From contig JBAXAF010000001.1 in NCBI GenBank assembly GCA_037142675.1, positions 28,543 through 92,542 on the forward strand: a stretch of 64,000 nt of DNA, in the 5' to 3' direction. Origin of the DNA: Candidatus Berkelbacteria bacterium. Its GTDB lineage: Bacteria > Patescibacteriota > UBA1384 > XYA2-FULL-43-10 > CAINNR01. This document shows, piece after piece, positions 10,239 through 19,615 of this stretch (position 1 is its first letter; each line of letters begins with the position of its first letter). The notes beneath the pieces were generated by a model. It worked only from the letters and a program-made list of their open reading frames with translations, did not search any database and was not told the origin of the DNA. A program made the position numbers and the translations under genes.

Positions 10239-11009
10239 TTAAAGATCTAAATTTCTGATGAATGTGTGCCAAGTTAGGCGTAGCCCTAAAGGAATATAGA
10301 AAAACAAATATTTTATCAGGGCTAGAACTGACCAAGTTCCGTAAATTGCTTTGGTTTGGTGGTTTTTTAGCGCCCGTTTTAAATCGGCGGCAGTTTTGCC
10401 TTCAAAAACCGTGTATGCTCGGCCAATTGCCTCAACAATATGGGCATCAGATCCGCCGGTTTCGCCACGAAAAAGAATAGTCTTATTTAGTGCTGATGCG
10501 GCTAGATTTTCATCGGCCAGAGTTGGTGTCCCATTTACAACCTCAACAGCATCTATTAAATATTTATTACTTATCAATTGTTTTGCGCCAATGCCGTCCA
10601 TGGTTGCTTGCGTCGGGTCATTAAAATTGGTGTGCATAAAAGGATGAGAGGGGACAGCAATTCCGCCTTGCTTGTGAATTTGTTCCAGAGTTGTATGAGC
10701 TGAATGTCCAGGTTCAATTGCTTCCTTCAAAAAAAGGCCAAGAATATGGCCGTGTTTCGAAGATATTTCTTCTCCAATTATTACATCAAAACGGTAATTA
10801 TTTCTTTCTGCGATTTTTACCGCCTGTTGCGCGCCTTCAATAGTGTCGTGATCAGTAATAGCGATAACGTTCAGATCAGTGTAATTTTGAACATATTCCA
10901 AAATTTGTTCAATTGTTGGCCGGCCATCAGAAAAATTACTGTGGATATGCACATCAGCACTGCTCAAACCTATAAAGTTCTCAAGTTTTTTTACCCCTCG
11001 CTTGTGCAT
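10239..11009 (-). CDS. PHP-domain metal-dependent phosphoesterase
   Basis: HIHSNFSDG ... AITDHD histidine/aspartate motifs typical of the PHP family. Confidence 0.75.
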   Translation of the reverse strand: MHKRGVKKLENFIGLSSADVHIHSNFSDGRPTIEQILEYVQNYTDLNVIAITDHDTIEGAQQAVKIAERNNYRFDVIIGEEISSKHGHILGLFLKEAIEPGHSAHTTLEQIHKQGGIAVPSHPFMHTNFNDPTQATMDGIGAKQLISNKYLIDAVEVVNGTPTLADENLAASALNKTILFRGETGGSDAHIVEAIGRAYTVFEGKTAADLKRALKNHQTKAIYGTWSVLALIKYLFFYIPLGLRLTWHTFIRNLDL

Positions 11010-11422
11010 TACTCGCCTTTATTGCTCTGGCCGAAACCACCCTGCTCCTCGTATCTTTCAGCGCCTTTAACCAAGGTGGCGCCAATCTTAAATTTGCGAA
11101 TTTTTCCTTCTGAGTCTAGAAATTCTTCTTTGTTGGATTTTTGATAAAAATCCAAAAGTTCAGCCGATAGAATATCTTTTAGAACACTAAGGTCTTGAGT
11201 GTTGTTTTTAATTTCCTCAACGTATTTTTGATTCTCTGGCAGGTTTAGAATTGTGTCTTTTACTTGCTTCTTTTTAATATTGGCAGTTTTTGCTTCTTCG
11301 CGAGCCTGAACATATTCCAAATCATTTTCGAGCTGCTGCTTAATAGCGTCTTTAGCGGCCTTAATTTCTTTTTGGTTTTTTTCTAACTCAGCGATTCGGT
11401 TTCGAATTTGGTCAACTTCCAT
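11009..11422 (-). CDS. Hypothetical coiled-coil protein
   Basis: Charged, Lys/Glu-rich ORF, stop overlapping the PHP start (operon-like). Confidence 0.45.
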   Translation of the reverse strand: MEVDQIRNRIAELEKNQKEIKAAKDAIKQQLENDLEYVQAREEAKTANIKKKQVKDTILNLPENQKYVEEIKNNTQDLSVLKDILSAELLDFYQKSNKEEFLDSEGKIRKFKIGATLVKGAERYEEQGGFGQSNKGE

Positions 11423-11547
11423 TTTATCCTCGATTCTTTAAATTATTTTTAACTCTTTTCATCAGCATGGCAGATATAGACACCAGGATCAAGTTTCGCT
11501 TGCTTCTTGAAGCGTTTTTGAACCAAACCCAACATGAGTTTTTGTCT

Positions 11548-11625
11548 TGGTCGGAGAGAGAGGATTCGAACCTCCGATCTTCGGACCCCCAGCCCGACGC
11601 ATTAACCGGACTATGCTACTCTCCG
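11548..11625 (-). tRNA. tRNA-Pro (anticodon GGG), CCA encoded
   Basis: Manual cloverleaf: 7-bp acceptor stem CGGAGAG/CTCTCCG, D-stem GCAT/ATGC, anticodon loop CUGGGGG, T-arm GGAGG-TTCGAAT-CCTCT, 3' ACCA. Confidence 0.8.
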
Positions 11626-11904
11626 TAATGTTCTACCCGTAAGCCCCAGCACCAGAGCAAAGCTCGGTACGGGGTGAATAAATTGGACTAGTGATAAAAG
11701 TGGGTGCCTCAGCACCAAGACCACGGTCCTAGCGCAATATTGAGCCAACCTTTCCATATCTTGCGACACAGATCAGCGCCCCGCATAACCTTGCGGCTAT
11801 TTGGGATCCCGACGTTAAAAAAATTGTGGTCCAATTTATTGAATCGGATAGAACATCATTAATATTAGCAGAAACTATTTTAACTTTTAAGATGCTCCAG
11901 AATT

Positions 11905-11945
11905 AAAAAATCGCCCGAAATACAGTTAGGCTGTCAGGCGATTTT
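11905..11945 (-). terminator. Intrinsic terminator downstream of rpmB
   Basis: AAAATCGCC..GGCGATTTT 9-bp stem followed by a T-run on the minus strand. Confidence 0.55.
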
Positions 11946-12107
11946 CTACTTGTCAGATTTGACAGCGGTACGCAAACAACGGGTGCAGAGAACTGTACCG
12001 TTAACTTTTTGTAGATTTGGCTTGAAAAGACGTTTGGTATGTCGCTGTGAATGGGAAACATTCGAGCCGACAACCTTGGCTTTTCCACAGATTGAGCAAA
12101 TGGCCAT
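11946..12107 (-). CDS. rpmB: 50S ribosomal protein L28 (53 aa, below the ORF-track cutoff)
   Basis: Translation [53 protein letters not shown] matches the L28 pattern (N-terminal Cys pair, SHSxxxTKRxFxPNLQ). Confidence 0.8.
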   Translation of the reverse strand: MAICSICGKAKVVGSNVSHSQRHTKRLFKPNLQKVNGTVLCTRCLRTAVKSDK

Positions 12108-12279
12108 GATATTTAGTTTAAAACTAATAACGAATAACTAACAACCGCAACTTATAACAATTCAACTTCCAAAATTGAATCAAATTTGTTACAATACTTA
12201 AGAATTCTAACATAAATGTTTTAAAAATTCAACTTTCCAAAACTATTTGTTATTCACTTTTAGCTATTAGTTAATTATT

Positions 12280-12927
12280 ATGTTTCTACTTAACCTAATT
12301 TCTTCGCCATTTTTTGCCGTTGCAGCCATTGTTGGTTTGCTTTTGGCAATCACGGTTCATGAGTTTGCTCATGCTTGGATGGCCAATTACTTAGGCGATC
12401 CGACGGCAAAAAAACTTGGGCGGCTGACATTAAATCCTTTTAAACATTTGGATCCCCTGGGAACATTATTTTTATTGGTTGCTGGTTTTGGTTGGGGAAA
12501 ACCGGTGCCGTACAATCCATCAAATTTAAAATCCGATGCTGATGAAGTTAAGGTTGCACTGGCTGGAGTTTTTGCTAACCTAATATTTGCCTTAATTCTT
12601 GGTATCCCGCTACGGATTGCTACACTTAGCCACGTCGCAATTAATTCAAATATGTGGTTAATGGCAATTGAATTTGTGCTGGAAATGAATTTGATTTTAA
12701 TTGCTTTCAATATTATACCAATTCCACCACTCGACGGTTCGAAAATAATTTTTCAGTTTATTAGTTTTAACGCCCGAATGAGTTTTGAGCGATACGGTCC
12801 AATAATCTTATTCGCTTTAATAATTGCCAGCAATGTTTTTGGCTTTCCGTTTTTAGTCCGTTTTATGGAGCCAATAATCCGTGTACTCTCGTTTGCGGCT
12901 AAAGGAACATACACGGCGATATTTTAG
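12280..12927 (+). CDS. Site-2 protease family membrane metalloprotease (peptidase M50)
   Basis: HEFAHAWMA (HExxH) in a TM helix and a second-site LDG motif (NIIPIPPLDGSKI); multiple TMs. Confidence 0.8.
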   Translation: MFLLNLISSPFFAVAAIVGLLLAITVHEFAHAWMANYLGDPTAKKLGRLTLNPFKHLDPLGTLFLLVAGFGWGKPVPYNPSNLKSDADEVKVALAGVFANLIFALILGIPLRIATLSHVAINSNMWLMAIEFVLEMNLILIAFNIIPIPPLDGSKIIFQFISFNARMSFERYGPIILFALIIASNVFGFPFLVRFMEPIIRVLSFAAKGTYTAIF

Positions 12928-13043
12928 CATTATCATCATCGGTGATCTAAGATTCCTGTTTGCACAGCAATGACAGAATAAAAAACGCCCTGCCGGTGGT
13001 AAGACCGGCAGGGGTTGTGTTCGTGATTGAGCCGTTGCCAGTG

Positions 13044-13742
13044 CTACACAGCAGCGACTTCGTCGGCAGGGCCCTCGAGCAACGCATGGATCCTGTCGGC
13101 GTCGGTGGCATCCATGCCAGCCGACCGACGCAAGGCAACTAGCTCATTGAGCCGATGCTTCAATCGCTTGAATGCCTGGTTGGCGGTGACGATCCGGTCG
13201 TCGGCGCCCGAGCGAAGCGCTGACTCGATTTCAGCCAGCGTTTCCTTGACGATCTGGTTGCCCCGGATTTCATCCATGGTGAGTCCTGCTTCAACGGCCT
13301 CGTCGACGATCTTCTTGATCCGCTCGGAGAAGATCGGTCGGGAGTTGGCGATCAGGCTGTCGGCAGCTTGGCCAACGGTCGGTCGCTGGACCCGCTGACA
13401 CTTCTCGTGTTTCAGATCAGCATCAATTGCTGTCCAGGGCGTCTCGCTCTGGTGAGGGCCATCAGTTGGCTTCACCGTCAGAGCGACTTGGTCGGACGGC
13501 AACCAATTGCCATGAGGGTCGCCCATCAACTTCTTGCGCGTGTCGGGGCCAATGAAGACCTTTGCTCCCTGGTTGGCCCCTTCGCCGCTGAGACACTCGA
13601 CAATAGTGGCGCGGCCGAAGCGCTCGTGGAGCGCCTCGATTTCGACCACCACTGCTAGTACGTCTGACTTTCGGTAATGCTGGCGGCGCTTGCCCTGTTC
13701 CATGATTACACTTTCTGTGCAAATATGATCTGGCTTCGTCAA
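13044..13742 (-). CDS. Hypothetical protein from a high-GC ORF (likely true start at internal Met, about 13703)
   Basis: ORF with high GC; intrinsic terminator downstream (12988-13020, CCCTGCCGG..CCGGCAGGG plus T-run); no recognisable domain. Confidence 0.45.
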   Translation of the reverse strand: MTKPDHICTESVIMEQGKRRQHYRKSDVLAVVVEIEALHERFGRATIVECLSGEGANQGAKVFIGPDTRKKLMGDPHGNWLPSDQVALTVKPTDGPHQSETPWTAIDADLKHEKCQRVQRPTVGQAADSLIANSRPIFSERIKKIVDEAVEAGLTMDEIRGNQIVKETLAEIESALRSGADDRIVTANQAFKRLKHRLNELVALRRSAGMDATDADRIHALLEGPADEVAAV

Positions 13743-13868
13743 GTCGAAGCTCTCAATTCACGCGCTTTGTGCGGCGGATGGTCAGAATTGTAGCATAAAA
13801 TTATATATTTGTCAATAAAAAAAGCCTGCCACGGACGGCAGGCAGTGCTTGGTTGTTGGTGGGGCCGG

Positions 13869-14507
13869 TTAGGTCTCAGCCTGTACCGGGATTTCAAGCC
13901 CGGCTATCGGTTTCCTTGGCTGTGTCGCAGGGTCGGACAGGTGATCGATCAGTGGCGCGAATGTTCCCTGAAGTAGCGCCGCGACTGTCATTGGCTTGTG
14001 CCAGTCTTGATGATCGTCTTTGTAGGAGATATCGATCATCATCTCCTCGGACTTGGGCGCCTTGCGAGCTCCCTTGATGTGGCCGGGGTCATCAGCGAAG
14101 AGGATTTCTGCGTTCCGCAGGCTGTCTCGCTGATCACAATCACCATACATCAATCGAAGCAGTTTCAGGACTCTGGCATCGATTTGTGGAAATATCGGGG
14201 AGATGTCCGACAGGTCGACGTCGATTGTACCTGGACGGATAATGTCCTTGACGCTAAACCCCCGAATTGCCCATTCTCCTTCGTCGTCGGCGTACTCGAC
14301 GCGGAGTACTGTGTCGCTGGTGCCCATGCCAAAGGCTGGGTTTGTACTGAAGATCTTGCCGGTCAGTGACTCATCTTTACCCCACCCTCGGTACCGAACT
14401 GTGATCGGTCGACCTTGCAGAGACCGCCTAACTACATCAAGCTCGCAGTTCATGGCGATGAGTAGGTAGAGTGCGGCCGAATCTTCTGGCGACAATTGGG
14501 CTATCAT
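13869..14507 (-). CDS. Hypothetical protein from a high-GC ORF, adjacent to the previous one
   Basis: 212-aa ORF in the same GC-rich block; no recognisable domain. Confidence 0.45.
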   Translation of the reverse strand: MIAQLSPEDSAALYLLIAMNCELDVVRRSLQGRPITVRYRGWGKDESLTGKIFSTNPAFGMGTSDTVLRVEYADDEGEWAIRGFSVKDIIRPGTIDVDLSDISPIFPQIDARVLKLLRLMYGDCDQRDSLRNAEILFADDPGHIKGARKAPKSEEMMIDISYKDDHQDWHKPMTVAALLQGTFAPLIDHLSDPATQPRKPIAGLEIPVQAET

Positions 14508-14560
14508 ATGTCAATACACTCCCACTGGATGCAGAATTGTTGGATCAACTAATATATATC

Positions 14561-14590
14561 AAAAAAATGGCTTGCAAGCCATTAATAATA
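14561..14590 (-). terminator. Intrinsic terminator (perfect palindrome AATGGCTTGCAAGCCATT plus T-run) after the zinc-ribbon gene
   Basis: 18-bp perfect palindrome flanked by an A-run and T-run. Confidence 0.5.
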
Positions 14591-14663
14591 TTGATTTAGA
14601 TTGTCCGCAGGATCATCTTCGATAGACCGCGCCCTTCGGGCTTGCAATGACAAAACAAAGAAA

Positions 14664-15032
14664 CTATTCCGGGAGGGTTAGCCCTTTTTCGTAGATTTTT
14701 TCGTTGCGTTTTACGATTTCTTTATTGAAACAATCTTCACAAAGAATATTTTCAGATTTTGGTTCAAAAGGAACTTCGGCCTTTTTGCCGCACTTTTTGC
14801 ACTTAATCCAGTTCATTGGGTGTTTTTCGCGCAGTTGTGATTTGAATTTCTCGGCACAAGGTTTGCAGCGCTTGGGCACATTTTGCAATCCCTTATCATA
14901 GAAAAACTGCTGCTCTCCGACGGTCCAAATGAATTTGTCGCCGCAGTCCTTGCAGACCAGAACTTGATCCTCGAATTGTTTTTCGCTTGTTGCCATTACA
15001 TAAATCGTACCGTCAAATGGTTTCATTGTCAA
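14664..15032 (-). CDS. Zinc-ribbon protein with four CxxC pairs
   Basis: CKDCG..CKPC..CKKCG..CEDC spacing; start uncertain (possibly leaderless from the internal Met MATSEK behind a TTGACA-N17-TACGAT promoter). Confidence 0.55.
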   Translation of the reverse strand: MTMKPFDGTIYVMATSEKQFEDQVLVCKDCGDKFIWTVGEQQFFYDKGLQNVPKRCKPCAEKFKSQLREKHPMNWIKCKKCGKKAEVPFEPKSENILCEDCFNKEIVKRNEKIYEKGLTLPE

Positions 15033-15063
15033 TTCAGGGCAAATCTGTTAAATTTTGGAGTAG

Positions 15064-15777
15064 ATGGATAAAAATTCCGAAGCACAAAATTTGGCTGATA
15101 AAAAAGTATCATCTTATATTTATTATGGTTCGAATTCGGAAGCTTCTTATTTAGCGGTCAAAGATTTTGCCAAAAATGCCGGCATTTCCGAATTTGATAC
15201 AGTAGAAATTGAGCCGGAGGTAGGGGAGAAAAATTCCAAGGGTGAAATTGGTGTTAAAGCGGTTCGTGAAATGATTCGGCAAATAAACTTGACTCCAGGC
15301 CATGGCAGCGGTAAACTGGCGATAATCAAAGAAGCTGATCGATTGGGGCTTGAGGCGGCAAATACGCTGCTTAAAACCTTGGAGGAGCCGCCAAGAACGG
15401 CTACAATTATTCTATTGTCGGCCGATCTTAGATTGTTGCCAACTATTCGTTCGCGTTGCCAAATAGTCCGTTTTGATGATAAAACCACTGATGCTGACGA
15501 GGAAGTATTAGCTGAATTTCGGGAGATAATTCGCGGCAACTTGGGCAAGTCGTTTAAAAGTGCTGATAAAATGAGCACCAGTGCCGACTTGGACCAGCGA
15601 TTGAATACAATTCTTTCATCATTGCGTAATCAATTGCCAGATGACCCTAACATTAACAAAGTTAGAGTTATCAAATCAATATTGATGGCGAGGCGAAATT
15701 TAAAAATTACCACTAGCAAAAGATTAGTTTTAGAAAATTTATTTATGGAAATTAAATATGGCAAAAGTAGCAGTTAA
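15064..15777 (+). CDS. holB: DNA polymerase III delta' subunit
   Basis: AAA+ clamp-loader fold without an intact Walker A; LLKTLEEPP and sensor TIRSRCQ motifs. Confidence 0.8.
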   Translation: MDKNSEAQNLADKKVSSYIYYGSNSEASYLAVKDFAKNAGISEFDTVEIEPEVGEKNSKGEIGVKAVREMIRQINLTPGHGSGKLAIIKEADRLGLEAANTLLKTLEEPPRTATIILLSADLRLLPTIRSRCQIVRFDDKTTDADEEVLAEFREIIRGNLGKSFKSADKMSTSADLDQRLNTILSSLRNQLPDDPNINKVRVIKSILMARRNLKITTSKRLVLENLFMEIKYGKSSS

Positions 15778-16552
15778 AATAAAAAGTACAGGTCAGATTA
15801 TTGAAGTTGACAGTGGAAAATTTGATTTTTCTACTGGCGATTGGCTGTTGGTAGAAACGCGTGAGTGCAAAGAGGTGGCAATTGTCGCAGATGGTGACCA
15901 CTCGGACACTGCGAAATCGGAAAGCGGGGAAGCTGCCGAGCCGGAAATTGAAATTATTCGAAAATTGTCAGAAAAAGATTTGGAGCAGTATAAAGAATAC
16001 AAAAAAATTGCCCAAGGTATGATTCCTGAATGCCAGAAAAAAATTGAGTTTCATAAATTACCGATGGAATTAATGGATGCTGAGCTTTCATTCGATGAAA
16101 AAAAATTAACCTTCTATTTTTCAGCCGAAGGCCGAGTAGATTTTCGCTCGTTGGTATCTGATTTGGCATCAACTTTCAAAAAATTAATTCGCTTGCAGCA
16201 AATAGGTGCTAGGGACGAAGCTAGATTTATCGGTGGCTGTGGTCGTTGTGGCCAGCCTCTTTGTTGCCGGAGGTTTCTAAAAGGTGATTTAGACTCTGTT
16301 ACCATTGATATGGCGCAAATTCAAGGATTAGCAGCCATGGGATCTACCAGAGTTACCGGCTGTTGCGGTAAGTTAATGTGTTGCTTAAAGTATGAGTTGG
16401 GCGAATATGAAGAATCAGCTAAAAGTATGCCAAAGATCGGCGACAAAATTAAAACTGAGAAGGGGCCAGGGTTTGTAATTTCGCAAAATTTATTAACCAA
16501 GAAAGTTTTGGTCGAGGTTGAAGACGGAACAAAATTGGAGGTAGAGTGCTAG
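15758..16552 (+). CDS. PSP1 C-terminal domain protein (RicT/YaaT-like)
   Basis: Conserved Cys-rich PSP1 block CGRCGQPLCCRRF...GCCGKLMCCLKYE; the conserved holB-yaaT gene pair. Confidence 0.8.
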   Translation: MAKVAVKIKSTGQIIEVDSGKFDFSTGDWLLVETRECKEVAIVADGDHSDTAKSESGEAAEPEIEIIRKLSEKDLEQYKEYKKIAQGMIPECQKKIEFHKLPMELMDAELSFDEKKLTFYFSAEGRVDFRSLVSDLASTFKKLIRLQQIGARDEARFIGGCGRCGQPLCCRRFLKGDLDSVTIDMAQIQGLAAMGSTRVTGCCGKLMCCLKYELGEYEESAKSMPKIGDKIKTEKGPGFVISQNLLTKKVLVEVEDGTKLEVEC

Positions 16553-17262
16553 AAATAGCTATAATAGTATGTGTTGCAGCAGTTTTTGTCATAATTGCCT
16601 TTCGTTTCCCGAAGACGGGCAATTTATCTTTGGCAAAACGGGAAAAATCTTTTGACGATGAGGCGGCAATACTTGAGGCAAAAAAGATTTTGAATGAAAA
16701 GTCGCCCGAAGATTTACCGGAGGTTCTGCCCGCAGGAGTTGAGCCGACAGATGAACTTGATGCTTATGATGAAGAATTATCTGAGCTTCTAAAATCTGCT
16801 AGGGAAAAAATCGACAGTGGGAAATACGCTTCAGCAGAGAATATCTTAATCGATGCCATCTGCAAGGATAGCAAATGCGCTTGGGCATATGAGCGGCTGG
16901 GTCATGTGTATTTAATGATTGGGAAGAATTTGAATGACGCAACCGAGTCATTTCTTATGGCAACCAAAATTGATCGCGGCAATGACAGCGCTTGGTTTGG
17001 TCTCGGGCAAATTTATTTTTCTGAAGCTCATTTTAATAAAGCGATCGATGCTTTTTCCAAAGCAGTAAATATTTCTCGCACAGACGCGCAGTATTTGGCG
17101 GCGTTAGGCAAAGCGTACTTGGAAGTCCGACAATATGGCAAGGCGTCAAAATCATTGAAGCGTGCGGCATCACTCGACATTTCGAACGTTGAATATAAAA
17201 AATTGGCCTCATTCGCTGAAGATAAACATCGCGAGCACTCACGCGCATCAAAGCTTAGTTAA
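16546..17262 (+). CDS. Membrane-anchored TPR-repeat protein
   Basis: N-terminal TM, then TPR-like repeats (AWxxLGxxY patterns). Confidence 0.55.
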   Translation: MLEIAIIVCVAAVFVIIAFRFPKTGNLSLAKREKSFDDEAAILEAKKILNEKSPEDLPEVLPAGVEPTDELDAYDEELSELLKSAREKIDSGKYASAENILIDAICKDSKCAWAYERLGHVYLMIGKNLNDATESFLMATKIDRGNDSAWFGLGQIYFSEAHFNKAIDAFSKAVNISRTDAQYLAALGKAYLEVRQYGKASKSLKRAASLDISNVEYKKLASFAEDKHREHSRASKLS

Positions 17263-17266
17263 TTCG

Positions 17267-17295
17267 TTGAAATTATATGTAAATTCTGATAGAAT
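17267..17295 (+). promoter_or_regulatory. Promoter TTGAAA-N17-TAGAAT for the tRNA/rpmG cluster
   Basis: Near-consensus hexamers with 17-nt spacer about 45 nt upstream of the first tRNA. Confidence 0.45.
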
Positions 17296-17337
17296 AGTGA
17301 GCGTTGAGGGTAATTTTTTATATTGAGGGGTAAATTT

Positions 17338-17413
<76 letters not shown>

Positions 17414-17506
17414 CCTCGACAAAATTGTCTCGGGTGGTACCAGTACCTGGAGATTATTATTGCCAGAATTGGCTCGGCTGATAACAACACCTTTAAAATT
17501 GCATAT

Positions 17507-17592
17507 GCTGGGATAGCGAAGTGGTCAAACGCATTGGACTGTAAATCCAACGGCTTACGCCTTCGTAGGTTCGAGTCCTACTCCCAGCACCA
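17507..17592 (+). tRNA. tRNA-Tyr (anticodon GTA) with long variable arm
   Basis: Acceptor GCTGGGA/TCCCAGC, anticodon loop CTGTAAA, long extra arm, T-loop GGTTCGAGTCC, ACCA. Confidence 0.85.
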
Positions 17593-17743
17593 GCCAAAAT
17601 TGCTAATTCAATTAGCGGTTTTGGCTGGTGAGTTGAATAGTAAGAAGGCGAGAAAGTCGGAGGCGCGACTGGCGCCGAGACGGGGTCGACGAATCCCGAA
17701 GCATCGGGATATCGGTGACCGAGTCCTACTCCCAGCACCACTT

Positions 17744-17819
17744 GCCGATATAGCTCAGTTGGTAGAGCAACACTTTTGTAAAGTGAAGGTCGTGGGTTCG
17801 AATCCCTCTATCGGCTCCA
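17744..17819 (+). tRNA. tRNA-Thr (anticodon TGT)
   Basis: Acceptor GCCGATA/TATCGGC, anticodon loop TTTGTAA, T-loop GGTTCGAATCC, CCA encoded. Confidence 0.8.
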
Positions 17820-17861
17820 TTTAAATCGTTTTAAAAAACAGAATAAACCCGAAAGGAATAT

Positions 17862-18023
17862 ATGGCAAAAGATGCACGCAATGTTGTAACTTTGGAATGC
17901 GAAGTCTGCAAGGAAAGAAATTATCAGACTGAGAAAAATACCAAATTGCAAAAAGAGCGATTACTTTTGAAAAAATATTGTAAACGCTGCAAAAAACAAA
18001 CTCAGCACAAAGAAGCTAAATAA
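17862..18023 (+). CDS. rpmG: 50S ribosomal protein L33 (53 aa, below the ORF-track cutoff)
   Basis: MAKDARNVVTLECEVCKERNYQTEKNTKLQKERLLLKKYCKRCKKQTQHKEAK; two CxxC pairs and the L33 length; located in the Thr-Tyr-Thr tRNA cluster. Confidence 0.8.
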   Translation: MAKDARNVVTLECEVCKERNYQTEKNTKLQKERLLLKKYCKRCKKQTQHKEAK

Positions 18024-18038
18024 AACATAGCTTCACTT

Positions 18039-18112
18039 AGGGGTATAGTTCAATGGTAGAACGACGGTCTCCAAAACCGTTAATCGGGGTTCGAGCCCTC
18101 GTACCCCTGCCA
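18039..18112 (+). tRNA. tRNA-Trp (anticodon CCA)
   Basis: Acceptor AGGGGTA/TACCCCT, anticodon stem ACGGT/ACCGT loop CTCCAAA, T-loop GGTTCGAGCCC, CCA encoded. Confidence 0.85.
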
Positions 18113-18264
18113 AAAATTCCTCAATCAATTTGTTTGGGGAATTTTTGATTAATAAGTGATAATTTATCAAAAACACGATATTTTTGGTTAAATTTTTAAA
18201 AAACGTATTGTTTTTTTTAAAATATGATAAGATTTAGCTAAATTATTAAAAAAATGGAGAAAAA

Positions 18265-19596
18265 ATGGAGAAAACGAAGGTTTTGGAGCTTTGCAAGAAA
18301 GAAAAAATTAAATTTATCCATTTGCAATTCTCTGATTTAGACGGAATCGTAAAAAGTGTTGAAATTCCAATTTCTCAATTATCAGACACATTAGAGAAGG
18401 GCAAGTGGTTCGACGGATCATCAATTGAAGGTTTTGCCCGTATTGCTGAGTCGGATATGTTTTTGCAGCCAGACCTGTTAACTTTTGCCATAATTCCATG
18501 GGATCAGGAAGAGGGGATTAAATCTGCTCGAATTATTTGTGATGTTATGACACCGGACAAAACACCGTTTATTGGTGATCCTCGTCAGATTTTAAAAAGA
18601 AATCTTTTGGAGATTAAGAAAACCGGTTACGAGTACTTTGTCGGTCCGGAACTCGAATTTTTCTTATTTAGAAAAGACGATGATGGTGAAATTGACTTAA
18701 GCCCGACAGATAGCGCTGGCTATTTCGATTACTCTGATGACTGGGCGTCGGTGGTCAGAAAAGAAATTTCAAATGCTGCAGAGCAGATGGGAATAGAAAT
18801 TGAAACGGTTCATCATGAAGTTTCAACATCTCAGCACGAGATAGACTTTAAATACTCAAATGCGTTGCAAGCAGCTGACAATGTTATTACACTAAAATTT
18901 ATCATTAAGGCAATTGCCGATCGTTACGGTTTGCATGCAACATTTATGCCAAAACCAGTGTTTGGCATAAATGGATCAGGAATGCACGTTCATCAGAGCT
19001 TATGGAAAGGCGGCAAGAATGCTTTCTTTTCGGCATCGGACAAATATTTTCTCTCGACTTTAGCAAAACAGTTTATCGCTGGCCAGCTAAAAGAGGCTCC
19101 GGGGATTTGCGCTGTGACTTCGCCTTTGGTAAACTCATATAAAAGATTAGTCCCGGGGTATGAGGCACCAGTCTATCTTTCTTGGGCTAGAGTTAATCGT
19201 TCGGCTTTAATCCGCATCCCACGTTTTTCAGCTGACAACCAAAGTGCTGCTCGTATTGAGCTTCGCTGCCCAGACCCGTCGTGCAATCCTTATTTGGCAT
19301 TCTCTGCAATGCTTTTGGCTGGTATCTCTGGGATTAAGGATAAGCTTGATCCGCCAAAACCGGTTGAAGAGAACATCTACGAGATGAATGATAATCAGCG
19401 AAAATTGCGAAAAATCAAAACCTTGCCGGATTCACTTGGGTCAGCTTTAGCGGTTTACGAAAAGAGTAAATTGGTAGAACTGGCTTTGGGACAACATATA
19501 TTTGATAGGTTGCGTGAATCGAGGCGACGGGAATGGAATGAATATCGGATCAGAATCTCCAGTTGGGAAGAAGAAGCTTATTTAAAAAAATTTTGA
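18265..19596 (+). CDS. glnA: Glutamine synthetase family protein
   Basis: GS catalytic-domain motifs GPELEFFLF, NGSGMHVHQSLW, and the C-terminal region. Confidence 0.8.
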   Translation: MEKTKVLELCKKEKIKFIHLQFSDLDGIVKSVEIPISQLSDTLEKGKWFDGSSIEGFARIAESDMFLQPDLLTFAIIPWDQEEGIKSARIICDVMTPDKTPFIGDPRQILKRNLLEIKKTGYEYFVGPELEFFLFRKDDDGEIDLSPTDSAGYFDYSDDWASVVRKEISNAAEQMGIEIETVHHEVSTSQHEIDFKYSNALQAADNVITLKFIIKAIADRYGLHATFMPKPVFGINGSGMHVHQSLWKGGKNAFFSASDKYFLSTLAKQFIAGQLKEAPGICAVTSPLVNSYKRLVPGYEAPVYLSWARVNRSALIRIPRFSADNQSAARIELRCPDPSCNPYLAFSAMLLAGISGIKDKLDPPKPVEENIYEMNDNQRKLRKIKTLPDSLGSALAVYEKSKLVELALGQHIFDRLRESRRREWNEYRIRISSWEEEAYLKKF

Positions 19597-19615
19597 TCAC
19601 AGGTAATGGAGGGCA

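Noticed and set aside
11626-11905. Attempt to call RNase P RNA or SRP RNA in the tRNA-Pro/rpmB spacer
   Set aside because: The conserved P4 (GGAAAGUCCGGGCUCC) and SRP domain-IV motifs are not present by eye, so it is kept only as a low-confidence ncRNA candidate.
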